In this document: positions 53,950 through 64,000 of the stretch, piece by piece
How the letters are laid out: each line of letters opens with the position of its first letter
Numbering within the stretch: position 1 is the first letter of the stretch
Assembly: GCA_965204745.1 (NCBI GenBank)
Contig: OZ242010.1
Location: forward strand, 160,001-224,000
Origin: Candidatus Latescibacterota bacterium
GTDB lineage: Bacteria; Latescibacterota; UBA2968
Length of the DNA: 64,000 nucleotides
Direction: 5' to 3'
Notes under the pieces: generated by a model
What the model was told of the DNA's origin: nothing
Database searches by the model: none
Seen by the model: the letters and a program-made list of their open reading frames with translations, nothing else
Program-made: the position numbers and the translations under genes

Positions 53950-54744
53950 ATGGTCGCTGCGGCACACAAACACCTCAAAACGGTCGTCATGGTCGCCACG
54001 CGCTCGTTGGACGACAAGGGGTGGGTCATCGTTGGGGGATATGGGTTGCGCTTGTTGCGCGTGGTGTTCCTGCTTTCCCTGTGGCGCGTCTTGTTGCCCG
54101 AAACCGGTGAAGTCTCGGGCCTGACGCGCGATGCCGTGCTGACTTATACCCTCATTGCCGAAGTCTTTGCCGGGCAAATCTCCGTTCGCACGGGCCTCGA
54201 TGGCGCGCTTTGGCACGGGGATATCGCCAATCGCTTCTTGCGCCCGGTGGGCATCTACGGGCAATTCATCGCAGAGATGGTCGGCGCGGGCCTGCCCAAT
54301 CTGGTCATGTTCTCATTGCCCCTCTTTTGCCTGGCCCCGCTGTTGGGCGTCGATCCATTTCCGGAACATGCGATAGCCGGCGGTTTGTTTTTCGTCAGCC
54401 TGATTTTGGGCATTGCCATCGGCGCGGCATTTGACTTCATTTTTGCGAGCCTCATGGTTTTGTTAGAGCAAAGCGTTTACGCGCTGATGCAAATTCGAGA
54501 TGCGGTCAGCGTCTTGTTGTCCGGCGCGATCATTCCCCTCGCGCTGATGCCCTGGGGGGTTGGCGATATCCTCACTTACTTGCCCTTTGCGTCGCTGGCC
54601 TCTGCGCCCCTGCGGATTTACACGGGCACGGGCGATCCCGCGTTCCTCATCGGCCTTCAGGCCGTTTGGGCGGTCATCCTGTGGCCCGTTGCCCACCATT
54701 TCTGGAACGCCAATCGAGAACGCTTGGTCTCGCACGGAGGATAG
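53950..54744 (+). CDS. ABC-2 family permease (DUF990)
   Basis: GDIANRFLRP, LSGAIIPLALMP..LPF, C-terminal VSHGG. Confidence 0.85.
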   Translation: MVAAAHKHLKTVVMVATRSLDDKGWVIVGGYGLRLLRVVFLLSLWRVLLPETGEVSGLTRDAVLTYTLIAEVFAGQISVRTGLDGALWHGDIANRFLRPVGIYGQFIAEMVGAGLPNLVMFSLPLFCLAPLLGVDPFPEHAIAGGLFFVSLILGIAIGAAFDFIFASLMVLLEQSVYALMQIRDAVSVLLSGAIIPLALMPWGVGDILTYLPFASLASAPLRIYTGTGDPAFLIGLQAVWAVILWPVAHHFWNANRERLVSHGG

Positions 54745-54748
54745 CGCG

Positions 54749-55579
54749 GTGAACACCTTGACCCAACTGATCGCCCGTTGGCGCGTGCAGGCGTATTTGG
54801 ACTTCATGTGGATGACGCGGGATTTTCGGTTCTTTCTGATCAACATCGTCTCGGACATCATTCTCAACCTCGCGGGGGTGATGGCGGTCTTTCTCTTGAC
54901 CGAACGCTTTGAGGGCATCGGCGCGTGGTCGCGCGATCAAATCGTCTTCATGCTCGGGTACGCGGCCTTGGTGCGCGGCCTGCTGGACGTGGGATTCAGC
55001 TACAACGTCCTCCACATCAGCCGCCGCATTGGCCGCGGGCAGATCGACCACCTCCTCGTGCAACCGCAACCCCTGTGGATGGGTCTTCTGACCGAGGGAT
55101 TTATGCCGTTCTCCGGATCGTGGTCTTTGCTCACCGGCATCGGCATTATGGCTTGGGCCATCCACCAACTCGGCATGGCGTCGACCACGTACTGGTTCGC
55201 GTTCGCCTGCAATCTCGCGGCCTCCTGCGCGATAGTGCTCGCATTCTCTTTTGCCTGGGGCAGTTTGGCATTTTGGGCGCCGGTCGCCGCCGAAGAAATC
55301 AGCAGCCGCGCGGTCAATTTTATGTACCAACTCAAATCGTTTCCCCTCGATGGTTTAAGCGCGTTTGTGCTCGCCAACATGCTCGCGGTCTTGCCAGTCG
55401 GGTTTGTCGCGTGGTATCCCTGCCGGCAATTGCTCGGCATCGCCCCGCCGAACCTGTGGCACACCCCGCTCGTCGCCATCGCCTTCTCGCTCATCGCGTG
55501 GGTCGCGTTCAAAAAAGGCATGCAACACTATGAACAAACCGGATCACAACGCTACCTCGGCTGGGGCCATCGCAGTTAA
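54749..55579 (+). CDS. ABC-2 family permease (DUF990)
   Basis: GTG after GGAGG; GAWS, GQIDHLLVQP, FPL, Y..TGS. Confidence 0.85.
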   Translation: MNTLTQLIARWRVQAYLDFMWMTRDFRFFLINIVSDIILNLAGVMAVFLLTERFEGIGAWSRDQIVFMLGYAALVRGLLDVGFSYNVLHISRRIGRGQIDHLLVQPQPLWMGLLTEGFMPFSGSWSLLTGIGIMAWAIHQLGMASTTYWFAFACNLAASCAIVLAFSFAWGSLAFWAPVAAEEISSRAVNFMYQLKSFPLDGLSAFVLANMLAVLPVGFVAWYPCRQLLGIAPPNLWHTPLVAIAFSLIAWVAFKKGMQHYEQTGSQRYLGWGHRS

Positions 55580-56549
55580 ACTCCGCAAGGTCGATAAAAT
55601 TTTCTACCAACGCCAGCGGTCCGAAAAAATCCAAGACGTGTTCAAAAACCTGTTTCGCCCGAACATCCGGAAAATTCGCGCCTTGCAACAGGTCGATCTC
55701 AGCATTCGCCGAGGCGAAATCGTGGCGTATGCCGGCCCCAATGGCGCGGGCAAATCCACCACTGTCAAGTTGCTCTCCAGCGTTTTGGCCCCCACAGCCG
55801 GCAGCGTGGAATGCTTGGGCATGGATCCCATGAAAGACCGCGTGCAGTACGTCAAGCGCATCGGCGTGGTGTTTGGGCAGCGCACTGAATTGTGGTGGGA
55901 CCAACCCGTGGTCGCCAGCTTTGAGTGGAAGCGCGTGGTGTGGGAGATTCCCCGCAACCGGTATGACGCCATGCTCGGCTTTGTCAAAGACCTGCTCGGC
56001 ATCGACGAATTTTTCAACGCCCTGGCGCGGCAACTCAGCCTGGGACAAAAAATGCGCGCAGACCTCGCCCTGATGCTCATGCACGAACCGGAAATCCTCT
56101 TTTTGGACGAACCCACCATCGGCGTTGACGTGCTCGCCAAACGCAACATCCTCAACTTCATCAAAAACCTCAACCGGGAAAAAGGCGTCACAGTCCTGCT
56201 CACCAGCCACGACATGGACGAACTCGAGCAACTCGCCGGGCGCATCGTCATGATCGACAAGGGCCGCATCGCGTATGACGGGGATTTTCGACACCTGCGC
56301 CGGCAATTTGGCGACCACCGCCACCTCACCATTGAAACCGCGAGCGCGGACCCGCCAAAACTATCGGGCGTTCGATTCATCCGCAGCGAAGGCAACCGCC
56401 ACCACTTCACGTTCGACGCCGCGCAAACGCCCATTCCCACCCTGCTCGACCAAGTGCAAACTCCGATCCGAGATATCGAAACCCACCGCGCACCCATTGA
56501 CGACGTGATCGCAGATATGTACGAACACTGGGATGCAAGGGATCAGTAG
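55530..56549 (+). CDS. ABC transporter ATP-binding protein
   Basis: GPNGAGKSTT, VFGQRTELWWD, LSLGQK, LFLDEPTIG, LTSHDM. Confidence 0.93.
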   Translation: MNKPDHNATSAGAIAVKLRKVDKIFYQRQRSEKIQDVFKNLFRPNIRKIRALQQVDLSIRRGEIVAYAGPNGAGKSTTVKLLSSVLAPTAGSVECLGMDPMKDRVQYVKRIGVVFGQRTELWWDQPVVASFEWKRVVWEIPRNRYDAMLGFVKDLLGIDEFFNALARQLSLGQKMRADLALMLMHEPEILFLDEPTIGVDVLAKRNILNFIKNLNREKGVTVLLTSHDMDELEQLAGRIVMIDKGRIAYDGDFRHLRRQFGDHRHLTIETASADPPKLSGVRFIRSEGNRHHFTFDAAQTPIPTLLDQVQTPIRDIETHRAPIDDVIADMYEHWDARDQ

Positions 56550-56692
56550 TCAGTCCATTGTCTGAATCGCGGATTAAACGGATTGCGCGGATTGCACGGA
56601 TTACCGCGCCGCCGCCCGTGCGTGCCCATCCCGTCCTACCGCAAGCCCTATCCCCAAGTAAGAGGCAAGAAGTAAGATACTCTCTTAAAAGG

Positions 56693-57700
56693 TCAAGGGG
56701 TTTTCGGGGTGATTCGATAGAATTTCTCGCCCTCAAAATCTTGGTCATGCCGCAACATGCCCCAGATCGCATGGAGCAATTTTCGCATCACCGCAACGAT
56801 AGCCTGCAAAGGTTTCTTGCCCCTGGCGATGAGTTTGTCATAAAAGGCTTTGACATGGACTTCGTGCCTGCAGGCCACCCAAGCAGGCATGTAGAGGGCA
56901 TGGCGGAGATATTTATTTCCGGTTTTCGAGATGCGTCTTTGTGGATTGGCAGTCCCGGATTGTTTGGGTTTGGGATCCAGGCCTGCATGAGCGACCCATT
57001 GGGGCGGTTCCATCCCGTCTGGCAAGGAGGCCAGCTCGGCCAAGAGCCGCAAGGCACTCGTTTGGGCGATACCGGGCACCGAGCAGAGGTGCTGGTAGGC
57101 ACGCTTTTGGGGCTCGTCCTGCAAAACGAGTTTGAGGGCTTGGTCTTCCAAGTAGGCAATGCGGCGTTTGAGGTGTCGAATATTCACCTGAATATCGCGT
57201 GTGATGAGGCGGGCACGCTTGACGGGGTAGTCCTGCGCGTGGTGCCGGTTCTGTTCGCGGCTGACCTCCTGTTTGAGTTGGTCAATGCGTCTGGTCAGCG
57301 TTTGCAGTTGCAGGACGTGCTCGCTCGGCACTTGCCAAGGCACAAAGGGCATGCGCTCGGCATCATCGAGGATCAACAACGCATCCTTCGCATCTGTCTT
57401 TGCCCGTTGCATGCAGGCTTGAGCGTACTTGCTCATCGCTTTGGGATTGACGACCATGACCTGCGTGCAGCGATGCTGATGCAAGGCCAAGGCCACCCCC
57501 AAGCTATAACGCCCGGTCGCTTCGAGACAGACCGAGACCATGCGCCCGCCCTTGGTGAGCCACTTCAACAGGTGCTTGTGCGCCCGAGGCGCGTTGTCAA
57601 AGGTGGCTTGCATGACCCCTTGTCCGGGTCTGGACAGGGCAACGGACAACGTGTGGGCACTGACATCAATGCCGGCAAAAGCGGGTTGAGTGTTCGACAT
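56693..57700 (-). CDS. IS110 DEDD recombinase/transposase
   Basis: Same motifs and length (335 aa) as copy 1, with many substitutions. Confidence 0.95.
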   Translation of the reverse strand: MSNTQPAFAGIDVSAHTLSVALSRPGQGVMQATFDNAPRAHKHLLKWLTKGGRMVSVCLEATGRYSLGVALALHQHRCTQVMVVNPKAMSKYAQACMQRAKTDAKDALLILDDAERMPFVPWQVPSEHVLQLQTLTRRIDQLKQEVSREQNRHHAQDYPVKRARLITRDIQVNIRHLKRRIAYLEDQALKLVLQDEPQKRAYQHLCSVPGIAQTSALRLLAELASLPDGMEPPQWVAHAGLDPKPKQSGTANPQRRISKTGNKYLRHALYMPAWVACRHEVHVKAFYDKLIARGKKPLQAIVAVMRKLLHAIWGMLRHDQDFEGEKFYRITPKTP

Positions 57701-57754
57701 CGGGGCCTCCTGTGATGAGGGGTTTGTAAGGGATCTGGTGTGCGCTCGGGTTCG

Positions 57755-57937
57755 CGTCCCGACTGTTTGCCCAGTCTACCGGTCTTGTATATGCAGCCTC
57801 GATGGACTTAGATACTCTTCGGTATCAACTCGGCGGTCGGGGGGCCTATCTTACTTACAAGGTCATAGCCTTCAAGAGGCACCGGCCTTCCCCGAGCAGG
57901 GCATCAAGATGGCGTGTCTCGATGCGAGGGCGCAACA
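57755..57937 (-). ncRNA. Predicted IS110 bridge RNA, copy 2
   Basis: LTG TGCCTCTT (57881-57874), RTG AAGTAAGA (57856-57849), LDG AGAGTATCT (57818-57810), RDG ATACAAGA (57790-57783). Ends approximate. Confidence 0.85.
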
Positions 57938-58133
57938 CCTAAATTAACCCTTTCTGACAACATACAAGAGGTAAGATCCACCCACCGCCCCGCCGTGTCT
58001 GAATCGCGGATTTGCGCGGATTAGGAGATTGCGCGGATTACCCCTCTCCGCCCGTGCGTGCCCGTCCGCACTACCTCTCCACCCGTGCGTGCCCAGCCCA
58101 TCTCCGCCCTGCCATGTGCGTTAGCCCCATCTT

Positions 58134-58218
58134 ATACCAAATTGAATTGCTGTTGTCCTATATACTGGAACACTTCAACTATCACTGCTTCGGACAGGCA
58201 CGGGGGCCTGTCCCTACG
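58134..58218 (+). repeat. Dispersed element family C
   Basis: Matches 53654-53740. Confidence 0.85.
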
Positions 58219-58567
58219 ATACGCCTGTGCGCGCTTTTGTCGTGTATTAGAAAAATTAGGACAACGAAAAATCACATTGGTATTATATCCTGCGGTTGGG
58301 GATTGCGCGGTTACTCCCCACCATCCTACCGCCGCTTCATCGTTCTCCTGGCTATGTCCTTCGCATCCCCTGCCACAAGCAGTGGTCAGCGGCTTTGGGA
58401 ACATCGCCCGCCATTGCCCTCTGTACGCACAAGCCCTCGCAACAGGCTCCTACCTTCAGGGGCCGTTGCGAGGGCTTGTGTCGTTATCGGCTCTTTCTTT
58501 GCACCAACCGGTTAGGGAAGCGCGTCAATCCTGTAATCGTCGCCCACCCTACTCCCTCTAAATCCGT

Positions 58568-58760
58568 TCAAATTGAAGTTGCGACCAATGCAAAACCTGC
58601 CGCTACCAAGACGATTTCGATTTTGACATGGGCGACGCCCTCGTCGACCATATCCAACTTTTTCGCCGCGCCCAACGACAGGTCAAGGATGCGCCAGCCG
58701 ACGAATGGCCCGCGGTCATTGACCTTCACCACAACGGATTTGCCATCTTCGCGCCTCTTC
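58568..58760 (-). pseudogene. RlpA-like (DPBB) lytic transglycosylase C-terminal fragment
   Basis: DGKSVVVKVNDRGPFVGWRILDLSLGAAKKLDMV..GVA.V; the N-terminal half of the domain is absent. Confidence 0.75.
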
Positions 58761-58775
58761 GCGGCGGCCGCGGTC

Positions 58776-59882
58776 TCAAGGTTGCAAGTCGTCGAGCCAG
58801 CGGGCGACAAGTTGGCTGCCTTTTTGAATTTCGGCAATGGCTTCTCGGTCGGGTTGTTCGCGTTCGTCGATCAGCCCTTTTCGCCGGAAGCGGTTGCGAA
58901 CATAACCCCCGCAAAGATGCGCGCCGATAGCGCCGGGATTTTTGAGCAGATCGCAGAGGGCATCGACATACCATTTGCCATCCGCGAGGTAGTACTCCCC
59001 ATCGAGATACTTTCCGCTGTCATCCGCGATGGTTGCCCGCGGGCGAGAGCCATCTGCCCACAAAACCGCCTTGCCCGTGGTCGCATACCAGTCGCGCAGG
59101 TGTTCGACCGGGTTTGAGAAGTCCTGAAAGCTGAGGACATCAACGTAGGGATCGGCGGCTTGGACAATCTCTATCGGGAGGGGTGCATTGGCTTCGTAGC
59201 GGTCGCCGAGGATCAAGTGGTGGGGATCGTAGCGGCGAATCGCGTCGTGCGTGACTCGGTAGTAGCGCGACGCCATCTCGAACAGGTCGGATCGCCCGGC
59301 TTTTGACGAGAGTCGCTCGGGGTCGAACATGGGGCCGCGCCAGGCATTGGGCGGCCGGACGTGAACCCAGGTCGGGCAGTCCGAGTAAAAATAGCCGATC
59401 AAATTCGGTTCATTTCTCAAGCGCGAGCATTGGGATCGCGCGACATAATCGCACCAGTCCTCAAAATCCTCGCTGAAGATATCGGGATTGGCGTGCCATT
59501 GGTTCCACTGATGGGTTTCGATGAACGGGAGCAGGTGGCAGTAGGGCAACGATAGGGCGCGGTATTCCTCCAGCGAGAAGCTCGGGGTGTGCGCGTGGTG
59601 CTTGATGCTCACGTCCTGCACCCAGCCGACGGTGTTAAACCCCCACGATTTCAGGTTGGGCGACACGGATTCGCGGATCCACTTGTGGCTATCATTGCCG
59701 TATTTTTGTTCCCAGCGCGGCAGGTTTTCCGGGTAATGCAATGGGGAAGAATCGATGTGGTTTAGCCCGACCGAGAAAAATGGCTCCCGATCTGGCGTGA
59801 GGAGAATCCAGTGCCCGCCGCGTTTGGCGAGGGTGAAGAACCCTTTGGACGATGTCTGCGTTGTTTGGATCGCGTTGGACAT
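58776..59882 (-). CDS. Putative beta-agarase-like (GH50-related) glycoside hydrolase
   Basis: GFF..W.L.TP...FFS.G.NH, WGFNT.GW, LIGYF, YYRV..DAIRRYDPHHLILGDRY, KGL.D. Confidence 0.7.
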   Translation of the reverse strand: MSNAIQTTQTSSKGFFTLAKRGGHWILLTPDREPFFSVGLNHIDSSPLHYPENLPRWEQKYGNDSHKWIRESVSPNLKSWGFNTVGWVQDVSIKHHAHTPSFSLEEYRALSLPYCHLLPFIETHQWNQWHANPDIFSEDFEDWCDYVARSQCSRLRNEPNLIGYFYSDCPTWVHVRPPNAWRGPMFDPERLSSKAGRSDLFEMASRYYRVTHDAIRRYDPHHLILGDRYEANAPLPIEIVQAADPYVDVLSFQDFSNPVEHLRDWYATTGKAVLWADGSRPRATIADDSGKYLDGEYYLADGKWYVDALCDLLKNPGAIGAHLCGGYVRNRFRRKGLIDEREQPDREAIAEIQKGSQLVARWLDDLQP

Positions 59883-59935
59883 GTTCTTTCCTTAGTCCTC
59901 AATGGGGACACCTGAGCAGATCCCGAAAAGCGAAG

Positions 59936-60484
59936 TCAGGCGTCCTCGCCCCGTTGCAAATTCGTTTCAAACGCCAGGGTATCGGCCACGGCTTTTATCG
60001 TGGTGGCGATGCGCGCGATGTCTGCGATTTGTCGGGCGTCTATGCCCAAGTTATTCAACTGCGACGCGTGGGCATTCACACACAGACCACACGCATTGAC
60101 CACGCTCGCCGAGAGGCTCCACGCCTCGAACAGGGCGCGGTCAACGCCGCCGTGGTTCAGCACGGCATTCATCCGCAATTTGGGCGGTTGTTTTTTGACC
60201 TCGGCGTCCCGAATGAGATCGGTGAACTTGTACCACACATTGGTCATGCTCATCATCGCTGCCGCGGATTTCACGGCTTTGAGCTGCGCCTCGTCCAGAA
60301 ATGCCTGCGCGTCTTCGGCAACATGCCCAATGACCCGCGCATTTTTCGACACCAGTGCCGCGGCGAGCGCGGACCCCCATGCCATTGCGGGGTCGAGGAG
60401 CGATGCCGACATGACCGATCCCAAATTCAGCCGCAGATCCCGTGCATAGTCGGGCATTTCGGACCGCAAAGTGTCTATACCCAT
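59936..60484 (-). CDS. ahpD: Alkyl hydroperoxide reductase AhpD (CMD family)
   Basis: PDYARDLRLNL, AA.MSM.NV.Y, LRMN, FE.WSL..S..NACGLCV.AH. Confidence 0.9.
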   Translation of the reverse strand: MGIDTLRSEMPDYARDLRLNLGSVMSASLLDPAMAWGSALAAALVSKNARVIGHVAEDAQAFLDEAQLKAVKSAAAMMSMTNVWYKFTDLIRDAEVKKQPPKLRMNAVLNHGGVDRALFEAWSLSASVVNACGLCVNAHASQLNNLGIDARQIADIARIATTIKAVADTLAFETNLQRGEDA

Positions 60485-60568
60485 AACCATCTCCCTCCGC
60501 AAAAGCGCGAAGCGCAGAGAGCAAACCACGCCCTCTGCGCTCTTGTGTGGATCGTCGATGCAACGCCA

Positions 60569-62032
<1,464 letters not shown>

Positions 62033-62187
62033 GACAACGCTCCTTTTGAATGGGGTGAAAATTGGCGTGACCCGCGTAAAATAAAAAATTCGCGCCTTTT
62101 TACAAGTAAATTTTAAGCGCATGTGCTGAAATGTTTTTATTTTGTAGGACTACAGATGGGTGTCTTGCATCTTGTATCTTTGGGCAT

Positions 62188-62405
62188 GGGACCTATCCCC
62201 CGGCCCCTTTCCTAACGAGGAAAGGGGAGTAAAGTTCCTTTGATGGCTTATATCTATGGCTACTCTAGTGGCATTGACCGAGGGCATAAAGCGATTAAAA
62301 ATCCCTCATCAATACCCTCGCAAAACCGCTCACAGTTCTCCCTTCCTCACAGGCACAGGCGTAGCCTACAACGAAGCGAGTAACGGTGGTTAGGGGGATA
62401 GGTCT
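62188..62405. mobile_element. MITE-like family A, full copy
   Basis: GGGACCTATCCCCCGGCCCC start; GGGGGATAGGTC end; colinear with 30975-31172. Confidence 0.75.
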
Positions 62406-62419
62406 ATAGGCGGCGGGGG

Positions 62420-62520
62420 ATGCGAAGGACATAGCGGATGAGAACGATGAAGCGGTGGTGGGGATGTGGGGGGTAATCCGCGCAATCCCCTAATCCGTTT
62501 AATCCGCGATTCAGACACGG
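62420..62520 (+). repeat. Dispersed element family B
   Basis: Matches 23824-23926; again follows a family A copy. Confidence 0.8.
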
Positions 62521-62556
62521 GCGGTTGGGTGGCTCTCGCCTCTTACTTCTCCTCTC

Positions 62557-63012
62557 TTACTTGGAGAGAGGGCTTGCAAGGATGTCTTTCAGCGAGTCAA
62601 ATCCGCCTTGGAAGACCCCGTTGCCGATAAAATCGACGAGTTCCTCTTCTTCGTCTGGTGGACAGGCAAATTCCGCGGTCCATTGGATGTACGTGCGATT
62701 GCCGTCTGTAATCGGGGTCAATCGCAAGGTCGCCACGTAGTTTTCAACGGCCATGGGCGATTCGAGGATGGAATACGTACACGTAAAGGTGGCGTCGCTC
62801 AGGGTGAGCAGTTGTTCGCGGATATTGCCACCATCTTTGAGATTGAAATTGCGGATGCAACCCACTTTGTCGCTGGGTTGGTCGCCTTCGATGTGGCTGT
62901 CTGCAATTGCGGGATGCCATTCGGGAAGGGCATTAAAATCGCGGATTTTCGCCCACACGTCGTCGATAGTTGCGTCGAGAACCGAACTGACAAAAACACT
63001 GGCCTTCGCCAT
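62557..63012 (-). CDS. SRPBCC (polyketide cyclase/MxaD-like) protein
   Basis: VWAKIRDFNALPEWHP, G..R.F.L.DG..IRE.L, YSIL, W.AEF; GGAGG RBS. Confidence 0.88.
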   Translation of the reverse strand: MAKASVFVSSVLDATIDDVWAKIRDFNALPEWHPAIADSHIEGDQPSDKVGCIRNFNLKDGGNIREQLLTLSDATFTCTYSILESPMAVENYVATLRLTPITDGNRTYIQWTAEFACPPDEEEELVDFIGNGVFQGGFDSLKDILASPLSK

Positions 63013-63032
63013 CTCATCCTCCTTTGCGTGCG

Positions 63033-63377
63033 TCACGGGCTATTTTGAATGACTTCGAGATGTTTCAAAATTTGCCACAAGATCGCAAGTGCGCCGATGA
63101 CACTGGTCACGATTAACCCGTTAAACCATCGCCTATCGGTTTTGAGTTCATTTTCCAAGCGGTGGATGTCGGCTTTCAACGCACCAAAACCCGCATCCAT
63201 GCGATCAATTAGCATTTCAAAACGATTGATGGATTGCGTCTCCACGCGGTCGATGTTCTTCTCGTTTTGTTCGGTTTTGGTTTCGACCACAACCACGCTT
63301 TTTTCCGCGTTCTGGATTCGCTGGTCTTGTTGGGCAACGGCTTTTTCAACCCGCGCCACCTTTTCATGATCGGTCAT
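63033..63377 (-). CDS. Coiled-coil protein with C-terminal TM helix
   Basis: AAGGAG RBS + ATG 63377; heptads then RWFNGLIVTSVIGALAILW. Confidence 0.65.
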   Translation of the reverse strand: MTDHEKVARVEKAVAQQDQRIQNAEKSVVVVETKTEQNEKNIDRVETQSINRFEMLIDRMDAGFGALKADIHRLENELKTDRRWFNGLIVTSVIGALAILWQILKHLEVIQNSP

Positions 63378-63476
63378 GCCAAGTCTCCTTTCTCGGGTGG
63401 GTAAAGTGAGAAAAAAAGAATACGGCATTTGGGTTGCCGCGTCAAGGGGTGGAAGACGGTAGGGCGGTGGTCCGGT

Positions 63477-63581
63477 CTCACCTCTCGCCTCTCACCTCTC
63501 ACCTCTCGCTTCTCACCTCTCACCTCTCGCTTCTCACCTCTCACCTCTCGCCTCTCACCTCTCACCTCTCGCCTCTCACTT
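63477..63581. repeat. Heptameric tandem repeat (CTCACCT/CTCGCCT/CTCGCTT)x15
   Basis: 15 heptamers; supplies the last codons and stop of the kinase. Confidence 0.95.
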
Positions 63582-64000
63582 GCAGGGTCAAGCCAAATGT
63601 CGATCCCTTGCCCTGTTCGCTTTTCACATAGACGCGCTCGCCGTGGGCGTCCATGATATGCCGCACGATAGACAAGCCCAAGCCCGTGCCGCCCATGGCG
63701 CGGGAACGGCCTTTATCGACCCGGTAGAACCGCTCAAAAATGCGGTCCATCGCCGAAAGCGGAATCCCGATGCCCGTGTCTTTGACCTCTAAGGCGATGC
63801 GTTGCTTTTTCGTTTGTGCGGGCGGCGGTGAGGAATGGCTGACTTCGTCGCGTGCCTGGTTTGGATCGCGCATCTGAATCCAGATTTGACCGCCTTTGGC
63901 CGTGTATTTGATGGCGTTGTCGAGCAGGTTGAGCAATGCCTGTTCGATGAGTTTTCGGTCGCACTGCACGCGGATGTTTTCAGGGAGATCGACCGCGATG
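63562..64000 (-). CDS. Sensor histidine kinase (PhoR-like), C-terminal HATPase part (runs off right edge)
   Basis: [40 protein letters not shown]. Confidence 0.9.
   Translation of the reverse strand, partial: IAVDLPENIRVQCDRKLIEQALLNLLDNAIKYTAKGGQIWIQMRDPNQARDEVSHSSPPPAQTKKQRIALEVKDTGIGIPLSAMDRIFERFYRVDKGRSRAMGGTGLGLSIVRHIMDAHGERVYVKSEQGKGSTFGLTLQVRGER

Larger units (their letters stand above)
56674..57969 (-). mobile_element. IS110 family element, copy 2
   Basis: AAGA cores at 56674-56677 and 57966-57969; colinear with copy 1. Confidence 0.92.

Noticed and set aside
62033-62150. OxyR/PerR site upstream of katA-ahpD
   Set aside because: AT-rich, but no convincing consensus could be identified by eye.

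Overview
GC-rich bacterial chromosome window. The giant surface protein, EF-hand/dockerin-like C-terminal tails, agarase-like hydrolase and dense repeats suggest a marine or sponge-associated Latescibacterota/Gemmatimonadota-like organism (inference only). It holds a 6938-aa repetitive surface protein and housekeeping genes (rqcH/NFACT, clpX-like, murQ, UPF0182, KamA-family radical SAM, nfuA, pyrB, fused glyQS, thyA, katA, ahpD, PhoR-like kinase fragment). It also holds two DUF990-type ABC operons, two toxin-antitoxin pairs, a broken Rpn nuclease, an IS903-group IS5 with 9-bp TSD plus a deleted copy, a decayed IS607 with a pro-Fanzor-type TnpB, and several families of dispersed and heptameric repeats. 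Strongest finding: two diverged IS110 copies whose ~270-nt non-coding ends read as complete bridge RNAs. Both sit at an AAGA/TCTT core inside the host's heptameric tandem repeats, and their target guides differ in step with their insertion sites. No rRNA, tRNA or CRISPR array was seen. All calls come from motif recognition by eye; no searches were run.
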